Source of the DNA: Candidatus Kaiserbacteria bacterium RIFCSPLOWO2_01_FULL_45_25
GTDB lineage: Bacteria; Patescibacteriota; Minisyncoccia; Phycocordibacterales; UBA918
NCBI GenBank assembly: GCA_001781415.1
Contig: MFLT01000001.1
Coordinates: 51,600 to 115,599 of the forward strand
DNA: 64,000 nt
Direction of reading: 5' to 3'
Shown here: piece by piece, positions 39,400 to 48,705 of the stretch
Layout of the letters: the number at the start of each line of letters is the position of its first letter
Numbering within the stretch: position 1 is the stretch's first letter
The notes under the pieces: generated by a model
What the model saw: the letters and a program-made list of their open reading frames with translations, nothing else
Databases searched by the model: none
Told to the model about the DNA's origin: nothing
Position numbers and translations under genes: made by a program

Positions 39400-40497
39400 A
39401 TGAATTCACAATACTTTCCACGAACAGCGGTTGTTTTATTTGCGTTATTAGCCTTCATTTTCTTCATATTTAGTCCCGCCCAGGCGTTTGCTCAGGGAGC
39501 GGGTGTGGGAATCGTTCCAGCGGTAATTGATCCAGCCAAACAATTTGAACCTGGTGATGTGGCTCAGTTCTCCATTCGGGTTACGAACCTCACTGACGGT
39601 GACATGACGTACTACTTATATAAGAGAGACATTGTCGGTGTACGTGATCAGGGAATTCCGATTTTTGCTGATAGTTCATCTGGTACTACTGGGTATGAAC
39701 TTTCTGATTGGATTACTCTACCAAGTGACAGTATATTTATTGAAGCTGGAAAAGAAATTGAGGTGCCGTTTACTATGACTGTGCCGCAAGATGTTTCACC
39801 TGGGGCTCACTTCGGAAGTATTGCTGTCACTGCTGAGCCGCCAAAGCTGCGTGAGTCTGGTGCAGGGATTGGTTATGAAGTAGCCAACATCATCACCATT
39901 CGAATTGCTGGAGACGCGGTTGACCAAGCGCGCATTCGTCAGTTCTCAACCTCAAAATATATTTATGGTTCAACCAATGTTGAGTTTAGCGCTCGTATTG
40001 AAAATGAAGGAAATACACTAATTAGTCCAACGGGACCACTTGAAGTCATCAATATGTTTGGTGAGCGAGTAGCGATACTTACTTTTAATGAGTCAAAGGC
40101 TGGAATTTTCCCAAAGACTTCACGAAGTGATGGACTGCGAGATTTTAAAGTGACTTGGGCTGATGAATCTCCAGGCTTTGGTCGTTATGAAGCGATCTTG
40201 AGTGCTGTCTACGGTCCAGAAGGCAAGATGAATACTATTTCTAGTACAGTTACCTTTTGGATTTTGCCGATGAATATTATTACTCCGGCTTTGATAGTGC
40301 TTGGTGTACTATTCTTAGTAATATATGTATCGGTCAAGATGTATGTCCGTCGCTCAATGGCCGTAGCAACTTCAGGAGTGACTCGTCGCTTGGTGCGTTC
40401 ACGTCGTCAGAATGAGTTCCCGACCTTGTTGGTCCTTATCTCGATGTTGGCACTTGGAGCTCTCTTCTTTATAATCCTGCTCCTCATTTTTGCCTAG
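39400..40497 (+). CDS. DUF916/DUF3324-like (WxL-interacting protein-like) membrane protein
   Basis: Signal peptide; PG.....I.VTN......Y, LSDWI, VPF...VP....PG.H.G.I, ENEGN....P.G...V.N.FG; two C-terminal TM helices. Confidence 0.72.
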   Translation: MNSQYFPRTAVVLFALLAFIFFIFSPAQAFAQGAGVGIVPAVIDPAKQFEPGDVAQFSIRVTNLTDGDMTYYLYKRDIVGVRDQGIPIFADSSSGTTGYELSDWITLPSDSIFIEAGKEIEVPFTMTVPQDVSPGAHFGSIAVTAEPPKLRESGAGIGYEVANIITIRIAGDAVDQARIRQFSTSKYIYGSTNVEFSARIENEGNTLISPTGPLEVINMFGERVAILTFNESKAGIFPKTSRSDGLRDFKVTWADESPGFGRYEAILSAVYGPEGKMNTISSTVTFWILPMNIITPALIVLGVLFLVIYVSVKMYVRRSMAVATSGVTRRLVRSRRQNEFPTLLVLISMLALGALFFIILLLIFA

Positions 40498-40598
40498 AGC
40501 ATATCCACAAACCTCTGAACCCATCTCATATAGAAAAGATGCTTCATGTTTTCGTTCGGTCGCGCCTCGTATCTGTGGGTTTGTGAATGCGCTCTTAG
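40495..40598. repeat. Dispersed MITE-like intergenic repeat, family B, copy 2
   Basis: Terminal inverted repeats GAGCATATCCACAAACC / GGTTTGTGAATGCGCTC flanked by CTA and TTA; core shared with 9337-9367. Confidence 0.75.
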
Positions 40599-40614
40599 TG
40601 ATATAATTATCATA

Positions 40615-41034
40615 ATGAAATCTATCGAAAACAGTCTGTACCATAGCTTTCTCAAGATTGCGGTCTGTGTCTTTGCGCTTACCTTGGTGTTTGATAGTGG
40701 GTTTGCTATTCCAGCTACCGAAGGCATGTCTAGTCTGACCCAGCAACACTTAGCTAGTGTGGTTGGAGTTACTCTCGGTGTGGCACCAAATGATGTCAAT
40801 GTATTAACTACTCGTATAACTGAACTAGAAACTGAACTAGAGGCCAAAGAGCGATTAATTGCCGTTAATCTTCAAGATGCAAACTCTGCCGGTAGCTTTG
40901 ATGTTTCTACTTTTGTGCTTAGTATCATCGTCTTTATCTTACTGGTGCTCATTGTATTAAATTACGCACTTGATTATGTCCGCCAGAAAAAGGTAACTTC
41001 AAACTATGAATCGACTACTTCACAAATGGCCTAA
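40615..41034 (+). CDS. Hypothetical two-TM protein with extracellular coiled coil
   Basis: TM, V.PN..N.L...I.E.E..L..KE coiled coil, TM ending LIVLNYALD; ATG 40615 follows TGATATAAT. Confidence 0.7.
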   Translation: MKSIENSLYHSFLKIAVCVFALTLVFDSGFAIPATEGMSSLTQQHLASVVGVTLGVAPNDVNVLTTRITELETELEAKERLIAVNLQDANSAGSFDVSTFVLSIIVFILLVLIVLNYALDYVRQKKVTSNYESTTSQMA

Positions 41035-41818
41035 GGGAATATTAGTTGGCCTTGGTGCAGTTATTCTCTCAACTTTGGCTATACAAGCCAGCGACTCACT
41101 CTCTGGTGTGTCTGGCCAACTAGCATCATCTATTACTGGTAATAACTCAGTTTGTGGTGAAGGAGCGGAGATTATTTTGTTTGGTACACATTCGGTGTGT
41201 ATGGATATATTTGAAGCTAGTCCAAGTAAAAGCTGTACTTATGAGATGCCTAAGAGTGAAGTTGAGACACAAGTGAACGTTTCCAAAGATTCTTGTGTGG
41301 CAGTGTCCAAGGAAGGTGCGGAACCATGGCGATTTGTAACTTACACTGAAGCTAGTCAGCTTTGTGCTCGTGACGGTAAGCGGCTGCCGACGGCTGAGGA
41401 GTGGTACAAAGTGGCACTTGGACATACCGATGTAACAGCTTGTTTTACTGCTACATTGGCTAAGACTGGCGCTAATAATTGTGTGACTCCAACTGGTATT
41501 CATGATTTGGTGGGTAATGTTTGGGAGTGGACGGCTGACACTGTTACTGGTGGGATGTATAACAATAATGAACTACCAAATTCTGGCTACGTGGCTTTAG
41601 TAGATGGGTCGGGGTTGGTAATTGAAACAACTGAGACACCAAACCCACAGTTTGGTGAAGATTATGCCTGGATAGATAAGTCTGGTGTGCGGGGTCTACT
41701 GCGTGGCGGATTTTATGGTAGTGGGGACGACGGCGGTGTGTTTGCTCAAAACATCGCGGTACCACTTAACTTTACCGCTACTGGTGTTGGCTTTCGTTGT
41801 GTAAAGGATGTGTGGTAG
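41006..41818 (+). CDS. FGE-sulfatase (CLec-fold) domain surface protein, paralogue 1
   Basis: C.D.FE, PW..V...A...C...GKRLPT..EW, G..D..GNVWEW, RGG.Y.......GFRC. Confidence 0.88.
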   Translation: MNRLLHKWPKGILVGLGAVILSTLAIQASDSLSGVSGQLASSITGNNSVCGEGAEIILFGTHSVCMDIFEASPSKSCTYEMPKSEVETQVNVSKDSCVAVSKEGAEPWRFVTYTEASQLCARDGKRLPTAEEWYKVALGHTDVTACFTATLAKTGANNCVTPTGIHDLVGNVWEWTADTVTGGMYNNNELPNSGYVALVDGSGLVIETTETPNPQFGEDYAWIDKSGVRGLLRGGFYGSGDDGGVFAQNIAVPLNFTATGVGFRCVKDVW

Positions 41819-41864
41819 TAGCTTATTCTGACGGAACGGTACGATATACTTAGTCTATAAAGTT

Positions 41865-42677
41865 ATGAAACGGCTGCTCAAAAATGGAGCAAGATTTTTA
41901 CTGGTTACTGTTGGTATTGTCTTACTGACCAGTTTGGCTATTAATGCGTCTGATTCTTTAACTGGTAATGGTGGGAATTTTTTGGCGCAGTTGGTGGGAA
42001 TAGAACAATCAGTGTGTCCAACGGGAATGGTACATGTACCAGCCGCCCTGACGTTTTCGTGTGTGGACGAATATGAGGCGACACCAAATAAAGATTGCCC
42101 GGTCTCACTGACTGCTAGTCAGCTAGACACCGATATCAATCTTGGACAAAATACTTGCATGGCCGCAAGTCAATCTGAGCTACAGCCGTGGCGGCATGTT
42201 ACTCGTGAACAGGCAGTAGTGCTTTGTACTAGAGCTGGTAAACGTCTACCCAGTGCGGCCGAGTGGTATCAAGCCGCTCTTGGAACTGAGGCTGGTGTCT
42301 GTAATGTCAGTAGTGGAGAAGTTGCTACTGGAGAGCAGTTTGCAGAATGTCGTTCAGCTGTCGGAATTAAAAACGCGGTGGGAAATGTCTGGGAGTGGGT
42401 GAGTGACGATGTAATTGATGGCATGTATCAAGGTAGGAGTCTTCCGGCCACTGGATATGTAGCGCAGGTTGATGCTGGTGGCGTGGCTACAGTGACTGGT
42501 GAAAATTTAACCGATGAAATGCTCGGAGGGTATTTCTGGTCTAAGGGAGAAGGGGCTTTTGGGATAATCCGCGGCGGGTTTTATGGTAGTAAAGCGGATG
42601 CGTCGTCATATACTATGCACGCCTACACCGTCCCAACTTTCCGTGGGGCAGCCGTCGGCTTTCGCTGTGTGAAATAG
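41865..42677 (+). CDS. FGE-sulfatase (CLec-fold) domain surface protein, paralogue 2
   Basis: CP.GMV, CVDEYEA, GKRLPS..EW, GNVWEW, RGGFYGS....GFRC; same length (270 aa) as paralogue 1. Confidence 0.88.
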   Translation: MKRLLKNGARFLLVTVGIVLLTSLAINASDSLTGNGGNFLAQLVGIEQSVCPTGMVHVPAALTFSCVDEYEATPNKDCPVSLTASQLDTDINLGQNTCMAASQSELQPWRHVTREQAVVLCTRAGKRLPSAAEWYQAALGTEAGVCNVSSGEVATGEQFAECRSAVGIKNAVGNVWEWVSDDVIDGMYQGRSLPATGYVAQVDAGGVATVTGENLTDEMLGGYFWSKGEGAFGIIRGGFYGSKADASSYTMHAYTVPTFRGAAVGFRCVK

Positions 42678-42702
42678 TCTAATTCTGGTATAGTGTCTGG
42701 CC

Positions 42703-44472
42703 ATGAAATTAAACCCCTCCACAATTGAACAAGTGAACATACCAAACACCCCGTACCGGTTTTTTGTACATATAATTGGTAAACACAAGGGCTGGGCGAC
42801 TTTGGCAGTGCTCGCGGTAGTGGTAGCGGCTGGAGCCAGTGCCGCTTCAAGTTACTTTTTTAAGTTAATTATTGATGCAGTTGAGTCGTCTGACCTCGAG
42901 GCTGCTTTGATGTGGGGACTTTTGTATCCGTTTTATATACTCATAACTCAATTGGTATATCGTATTAGTGGTTATGCTGGAGCTCATCTAACAAATGACA
43001 GTAATAGAACAGCCACCAATGTCTTGATGTCCTACATCTTAAAGCATAGCCATAGCTACTTTATCGATCGCTTTGCTGGTTCAATTAGCAATAAGATAAA
43101 GAATGTCACTTCAGCGTTTGATGAGATGATTCCAGATATTTTGTGGGCACACCTTAATGCTGTGGTGGCGTTTTTGGTGACCTTTGGATTGATTCTAAGT
43201 GTAGATTTACAGTCTGGCTTGATATTTGTTGGGCTGATTCTTTTGTTATTAGCAGTTAATCAACGCTTTTCAAAAACTAAAGCCCTGGTGGCTAAAGAAA
43301 ATGCTGCAGCTGGTTCGTTGTTACAAGGCTACTTAGTTGACGCTCTTTCAAATATTCATACCATACGACAATACGTGCGTCGGGACTTTGAATTTACTGA
43401 AGTGCAAAAGTTAACTCAAAACAAATTTGAGAAAGGAGTGAGAAATTGGCTGTATACGGAGAAGCTACTTACCGTAAATAGTTTAATATTATTCGTATTT
43501 GCGACCATGATGTTTTGGCGCTTAGTTACACAGTGGGGTGAAGGAGTTGTTTCTACGGGAGAATTTGTGCTGGTGTTAGCGCTTATGTCTAACATTACCG
43601 GCACACTTCTTTTTATTGGACGAGCCTTTAACGCCACCGCTCGAACGGCCGGAGAATTACGCGAGGGCCTTGATGATATTTTGGTTCCTTACGAGATAGT
43701 GGATGTAAAGGGTGCCAAGCCGCTAGTGGCAGAAGGTGGGCAGATTGAATGGAGTGACGTCACCTTTAAGTTTGGTGAGTTAGCGGTATTTGAGAACTTT
43801 AACCTCACTATTAAACCCAAGCAGAAACTTGGCTTGGTTGGTTCGTCTGGAGCTGGCAAGAGTACGTTTGTATCACTGCTTTTACGTCAGCATGATATTT
43901 TGGCTGGTCAGATAACTATTGATGGTCAAGATATTTCAACCATCACTCAAGATTCACTTCGTGAAGCCATTGCGCTAGTACCGCAAGAACCATCTTTGTT
44001 CCATCGGACTATTAAAGAGAACATTGCCTACGGTAAGCCTGAGGCAACTCTAGATGAGATTATTGAAGTAGCCAAAAAAGCTGAGGCTCACGACTTCATT
44101 ATGCGACTGCCGTTAGGGTATGACACTTTGGTGGGTGAGCGTGGGGTGAAGCTTTCTGGTGGACAGAAGCAGCGGGTTGCCATCGCTCGGGCGATGCTTA
44201 AAAATGCTCCAATCCTTATTCTTGATGAAGCTACTTCAGCTTTGGATAGTACTAGCGAGCAAGCAATTCAAAAGGCGCTCCACACACTAATGGAAGGGAA
44301 GACAGTAATTGCTATTGCGCACAGACTCTCAACTTTGCGCGAGATGGATAGAATTGTGGTTTTAGAAAATGGTGAAATTACTGAAGATGGTAACCATAAT
44401 GAGTTGCTAGCCAGGAAGGGACACTATGCGCAATTATGGGAGCACCAGGCTGGCGGATTTATTGTTGAATAG
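42703..44472 (+). CDS. ABC exporter, fused permease/ATPase
   Basis: N-terminal TM domain; Walker A GSSGAGKST, LSGGQ, Walker B ILILDEATS, IAHRLST. Confidence 0.93.
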   Translation: MKLNPSTIEQVNIPNTPYRFFVHIIGKHKGWATLAVLAVVVAAGASAASSYFFKLIIDAVESSDLEAALMWGLLYPFYILITQLVYRISGYAGAHLTNDSNRTATNVLMSYILKHSHSYFIDRFAGSISNKIKNVTSAFDEMIPDILWAHLNAVVAFLVTFGLILSVDLQSGLIFVGLILLLLAVNQRFSKTKALVAKENAAAGSLLQGYLVDALSNIHTIRQYVRRDFEFTEVQKLTQNKFEKGVRNWLYTEKLLTVNSLILFVFATMMFWRLVTQWGEGVVSTGEFVLVLALMSNITGTLLFIGRAFNATARTAGELREGLDDILVPYEIVDVKGAKPLVAEGGQIEWSDVTFKFGELAVFENFNLTIKPKQKLGLVGSSGAGKSTFVSLLLRQHDILAGQITIDGQDISTITQDSLREAIALVPQEPSLFHRTIKENIAYGKPEATLDEIIEVAKKAEAHDFIMRLPLGYDTLVGERGVKLSGGQKQRVAIARAMLKNAPILILDEATSALDSTSEQAIQKALHTLMEGKTVIAIAHRLSTLREMDRIVVLENGEITEDGNHNELLARKGHYAQLWEHQAGGFIVE

Positions 44473-44526
44473 TTGTGCACGAGCCTTGGTTTAGGGCACT
44501 GCTTCACAAGGTATACTATATAAGTA

Positions 44527-46437
44527 ATGACCATAGTGGCCAAAGCTTGGGCGTTTTTCTTCCTCTGCCTCTCACTGGTGCTTTTGGTGGTGTATCTAAT
44601 TAATCCCTCTACTCTCTTTGCTCGCAATATCACACAGTATAAAGACACTATTTCTGATTCTGCTCCAGAGTTTGCTTCAAACCATACTTTGGCGTTTCGT
44701 TTGGGTACTACTATTTCACCGGGTGCATATATTGAAGTAACGCCACCGACTGGGTTTGAGGTCTTGGGTACAAGTACGTTTGTGGCTGAAAGAAACGTTG
44801 AGTTATACGTGAACGGTGCGCTGCGTGATTCTAGCGACACGCTCTCGGCCAGTACTGACTTGGTAGAAATTTTCCCTGGTACTCCTGGGATGATTCGTTA
44901 CACTTTAAATACTTCTTCGGGAATTGCTGAAGGTGCAAATCTTGAACTACGTATCGGCAACAATACCTCAAAGGCATTAGAGTACAGTGTGGAAGTTAGT
45001 ACTACCACTGGAACCACAACCACTGAAGCTGATATTAAACCAATTATTAACGATACCAGTATCGGCACTAAGGAGGTTTTGGTAGAAATTTATGATGGGG
45101 GACTGGTGGCTGAGGCAGGTTTTTTGATTGCGCTTATTGATCAAGTGAGTGTTGGTCCGGCTGACACTCGTGAAGACATTCCGCCGTACCGTTTTAATGG
45201 TGCACCAAGTAGTACAGTGACGGGTGTGACTCTAAATGTGGAACTATTTCTTGAGACAGATGAATTGGCGGTTTGTAAGTACGATCTGGTAGCAGGAACG
45301 GACTATAATAGTATGCCAAATACCTTCACTGGTACTGGTCTCATTTACCACACGATGGTGGTCGCCGTCACACCAGAAACACAACATACATATTATGTGC
45401 GTTGTGTTGACGATGAAGGAAACTTCAACACAGACGATTACATAATTACCTTTTACGTAAGTGCAGTTCCGACTGGAGAATCAAATACTGACGGAAACGT
45501 TGATGGTGATGGTACTGGATCAGGAAACGAAGGAGGCGGTGATGGTTCTGGCGGTGGCGGAGAAACTGGTTCATCAGACGGTGTAGCACCTACAGAAGGC
45601 GGTACTTCAGGAGGCGGTGGATCAGGTGGGGGAGGCGGCGGTGGATCAGGTGGAGATTCTGGTAGTACCGCTGGTGGTGGATTTGAAACATCCGATGCAC
45701 CGTACCGTAGTGGTGACGCCCGAGTAGTTATTAGTGGTTACGCTTTTCCGGGCAGTACAGTTACTGCCTTAGTTGATGGTAAAAGTGTTACCACCGATAG
45801 AGCTGATAATAGTGGTAACTACTCAGTTACCATAGATGCTATTGCTCGTGGTGTATATACCTTTGGAGTGTATGCCACTGACTCTGCTGGCACCAAGTCA
45901 TCAACCTTCAGTACCTCATTTACTGTTACTGGTGCACGTACTTCAACACTTTCAAACATCAACCTGTCACCGACTGTGAAGGCGACACCAGATCCGGTTA
46001 ATCCTGGGCAATCATTGACTCTAAGTGGTTATGCGTTACCAAACTCAACGGTGACAATTGAAAACGAGAAGGATAAAGTGGCGGCATCAAGACAGAGTTT
46101 CACTGCTACCGCAGCGGGCAATGGCTCATGGTCAATTAATGTACCAACTAGTGGCTTCACTAACGGTACCTACAAAGCTCGTGCCAAATCAGCTCAGACT
46201 GATGGTGCTACTACCAATTTCTCAAACTACACATTATATGGAGTGGGACAGCAGGCCACTAGACCAATTAATGCTGACTTAAATCGCGACAGCAAAGTCA
46301 ATCTTACCGACTTTTCTATTCTTCTATTCTGGTGGAATACCAATGGAGGAACTTCTAATCCATCTGCTGATATAAATTCTGATGGAAAAGTTAATCTGAC
46401 GGACTTTTCTATTTTGTTGTTTAATTGGACTGGGTAA
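44527..46437 (+). CDS. Secreted multi-domain protein with Gly-rich linker, Ig-like domains and C-terminal dockerin-like (paired EF-hand) domain
   Basis: ADLNRDSKVNLTDFSILLFWW...ADINSDGKVNLTDFSILLFNW duplicated Ca-binding loop-helix. Confidence 0.82.
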   Translation: MTIVAKAWAFFFLCLSLVLLVVYLINPSTLFARNITQYKDTISDSAPEFASNHTLAFRLGTTISPGAYIEVTPPTGFEVLGTSTFVAERNVELYVNGALRDSSDTLSASTDLVEIFPGTPGMIRYTLNTSSGIAEGANLELRIGNNTSKALEYSVEVSTTTGTTTTEADIKPIINDTSIGTKEVLVEIYDGGLVAEAGFLIALIDQVSVGPADTREDIPPYRFNGAPSSTVTGVTLNVELFLETDELAVCKYDLVAGTDYNSMPNTFTGTGLIYHTMVVAVTPETQHTYYVRCVDDEGNFNTDDYIITFYVSAVPTGESNTDGNVDGDGTGSGNEGGGDGSGGGGETGSSDGVAPTEGGTSGGGGSGGGGGGGSGGDSGSTAGGGFETSDAPYRSGDARVVISGYAFPGSTVTALVDGKSVTTDRADNSGNYSVTIDAIARGVYTFGVYATDSAGTKSSTFSTSFTVTGARTSTLSNINLSPTVKATPDPVNPGQSLTLSGYALPNSTVTIENEKDKVAASRQSFTATAAGNGSWSINVPTSGFTNGTYKARAKSAQTDGATTNFSNYTLYGVGQQATRPINADLNRDSKVNLTDFSILLFWWNTNGGTSNPSADINSDGKVNLTDFSILLFNWTG

Positions 46438-46511
46438 GAATAATCACCTTGGTGAAGCGGCGGACTCGACGGCGGACCACATACCCTATTTCCTCTTTGC
46501 AGACCTGCTTT

Positions 46512-46607
46512 CGCAGGCCGCTACAGCTGACCGCTCCCTTGGGGGTCGCGGCTCAGCTAAGCGTCTGCGTAAGTTCGCAATAGTCGACGCGTTGCGTCTC
46601 GTTTGCT
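46512..46607. repeat. Dispersed structured intergenic repeat, family A, copy 2
   Basis: Homologous to 6603-6697 with compensatory substitutions in the stems. Confidence 0.85.
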
Positions 46608-46663
46608 CACTTGTGTGGGTAACATACACAAATGTAAATTAAACAATACTATAATGTAGTGGT

Positions 46664-47134
46664 ATGTCCTTTCTACAAAGACTAAAAAATCGAGGAGTCC
46701 GTTCCGGGCAAACTTCCTTGCAGTCTGAATCCGAGGAGACAGCTGTCGACAAAGTCGCACAGCTGAATGTTGATGTCTATCAGACTGAAAACAAAATTGT
46801 TATTTACGCCCAGGCCGCTGGAGCTGACATGAACGACGTCAATGTCTCGATTGAAGGCGATGCGGACATTGTACTTATTGAAGGGCGACGGATTCGTCCT
46901 GAGTATATTGTATTTCCTAAGAGTAAAGAACAAGGTGCTTACTTCGCATCTGAATGTATTTGGGGAGATTTTTATCGACGAATTATTTTGCCTGAAAGTG
47001 TAGAGATAGAAAAGGCTGAAGCAAAAATTAAAAACGGCGTACTGATTTTGGTTCTTCCTCTACTCAAATCTTCAGAGAAAGAAAAAGTACGTTTGCGAGT
47101 AAAGCAGGAGCGTCGTCAACCAAGTAGTAAATAA
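46664..47134 (+). CDS. Hsp20/alpha-crystallin family protein
   Basis: L.VDVYQT...I.I.A..AG, I.G.R, EC.WG.F.R.I.LP..V....AEA..KNGVL...LP. Confidence 0.9.
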   Translation: MSFLQRLKNRGVRSGQTSLQSESEETAVDKVAQLNVDVYQTENKIVIYAQAAGADMNDVNVSIEGDADIVLIEGRRIRPEYIVFPKSKEQGAYFASECIWGDFYRRIILPESVEIEKAEAKIKNGVLILVLPLLKSSEKEKVRLRVKQERRQPSSK

Positions 47135-47157
47135 GTTCTTCAAGTACCTTGATACCT

Positions 47158-48705
47158 ATGCAAAAAACAAAAATTAACACCATTACGTTTTTTAAAAACT
47201 TTTCACTAGTTATATTAGTCGCAGTCTTCTTTTTTGTTGGTACTGCTATTGCCAGTGCTGCCACTCTGCAGCTAAATCCAAGTACAGGTTCATACAGCGC
47301 TGGGCAAACCTTTACTTCATCATTGCGGGTAGTGCCAGCTGGGCAAAATATAAATGCCGTTGAAGCCACCCTTAAATTTGATCCAAGTGTCGTCTCGGTG
47401 GTTAGTATCTCAAAAGATGGATCAGCCTTCTCACTCTGGACTGTTGAACCATCATTTTCAAATAGTGCTGGAACTATCACCTTTGGTGGCGGAAGTCCTT
47501 CACCGTTCTCAGCTACTTCAAACCTAGTTAATATCACCTTCAGAGCCCTTAAGGCTGGCTCCGCTTCAGTAAGTTTTACCGAGGCTTCAGTATTGGCAGC
47601 TGATGGGCAGGGAACTAATGTATATCAGAATTCTAGTCCAGGAACATTTACCATTGCCGCCGCTTCTACTCCAACTCCGACACCAACTACACCAACTCCA
47701 ACCCCGACCACCCCAAAGCCAGAAGCAGAAGATGATAGTGAAGAGGCACTCATCTTTGGAGATCCACCACGAGCACCGGAAATTGGTTCACCAGCTTTCC
47801 TTGATCCAGAAGTTTGGTATTCTAATACTGAAGGACTATTTAGTTGGACACTGCCATTTGACGTAAACGCAATGGCGATTGAAATTGCCACTTCAGCTGA
47901 CAACGTACCAAATTTAAATGAAGATGCGATTCTTGAACCGCCAGTAGATGAATTTAGAATTACCAAGGACATAGTTTCTGATGGTATTCAGTACCTCAGT
48001 ATTCGATTTAAGAACCAGGTTGATTGGGGTGTTACTTTGAACCGAAAGCTACAGATAGACACGACTGCACCAGAAAAGTTTGAGATAGTTATTAGAACTG
48101 GCACCACACCGTCTGACTTCCCACTTCTAAACTTTGAAGCCCAAGACAAGACTTCAGGAATTGCGTTCTATGAGCTAACCATTGCTGATAAAGAACCGTT
48201 TAGAGTCACTCCAGACGAAGCTAGATTGGGTTACTTACTGCGAGAACTTGAAGATGGTACTTACACTGTAAAGGTCGTAGCGCACGACATGGCTGGCAAC
48301 AAGCGTGAGAGCACTAAGCCAGTTCTGATTACCGCAGGATGGGTGAAACCAGCTGAGGTGGTAGAAGAAAAATCATTCTGGGATTTCTTTACTCCAGCTA
48401 ATCTCTTTATCTTCTTCCTCATTGTTATCATAATCCTACTCAGCATCTTTATTTGGTACGAACGAAAGCAATTAAAGATTAAGGAAGAAAAATTGCGACG
48501 CGAGACACGAGAAGTTCAAGACCAAATGGAGAAAATCTTCTCAGCGCTACGTGATGAAATCTACGATCAAATCAACATGATAACCAAGCGAAAGCGTTTG
48601 TCTAAGAGCGAGAAGGAGGCCGTTGAAGGACTCAACCAAGCACTCGAAGTTTCCGAGACCTTGATTGAAAAGGAAATCAATGATGTAAAGGCAATATTGA
48701 AGTAA
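47158..48705 (+). CDS. Membrane-anchored cohesin-domain protein
   Basis: Signal peptide; L.L.P..G.Y..G.TF...L.V...G..INAV...L.FDP..V.V..I.....F..W...P......G.I.F.GG cohesin-like fold; PT linker; Ig-like domains; TM; cytoplasmic coiled coil. Confidence 0.8.
   Translation: MQKTKINTITFFKNFSLVILVAVFFFVGTAIASAATLQLNPSTGSYSAGQTFTSSLRVVPAGQNINAVEATLKFDPSVVSVVSISKDGSAFSLWTVEPSFSNSAGTITFGGGSPSPFSATSNLVNITFRALKAGSASVSFTEASVLAADGQGTNVYQNSSPGTFTIAAASTPTPTPTTPTPTPTTPKPEAEDDSEEALIFGDPPRAPEIGSPAFLDPEVWYSNTEGLFSWTLPFDVNAMAIEIATSADNVPNLNEDAILEPPVDEFRITKDIVSDGIQYLSIRFKNQVDWGVTLNRKLQIDTTAPEKFEIVIRTGTTPSDFPLLNFEAQDKTSGIAFYELTIADKEPFRVTPDEARLGYLLRELEDGTYTVKVVAHDMAGNKRESTKPVLITAGWVKPAEVVEEKSFWDFFTPANLFIFFLIVIIILLSIFIWYERKQLKIKEEKLRRETREVQDQMEKIFSALRDEIYDQINMITKRKRLSKSEKEAVEGLNQALEVSETLIEKEINDVKAILK

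Noticed and set aside
34695-40510. DnaA-box-like 9-mers (TTATCAACA ~34698, ATATCCACA 40501) as oriC
   Set aside because: Isolated, mismatched and not clustered; no dnaA nearby.
45480-45690. GGN-rich low-complexity DNA
   Set aside because: Explained by the Gly/Ser/Asp linker of the dockerin protein; not an independent repeat element.
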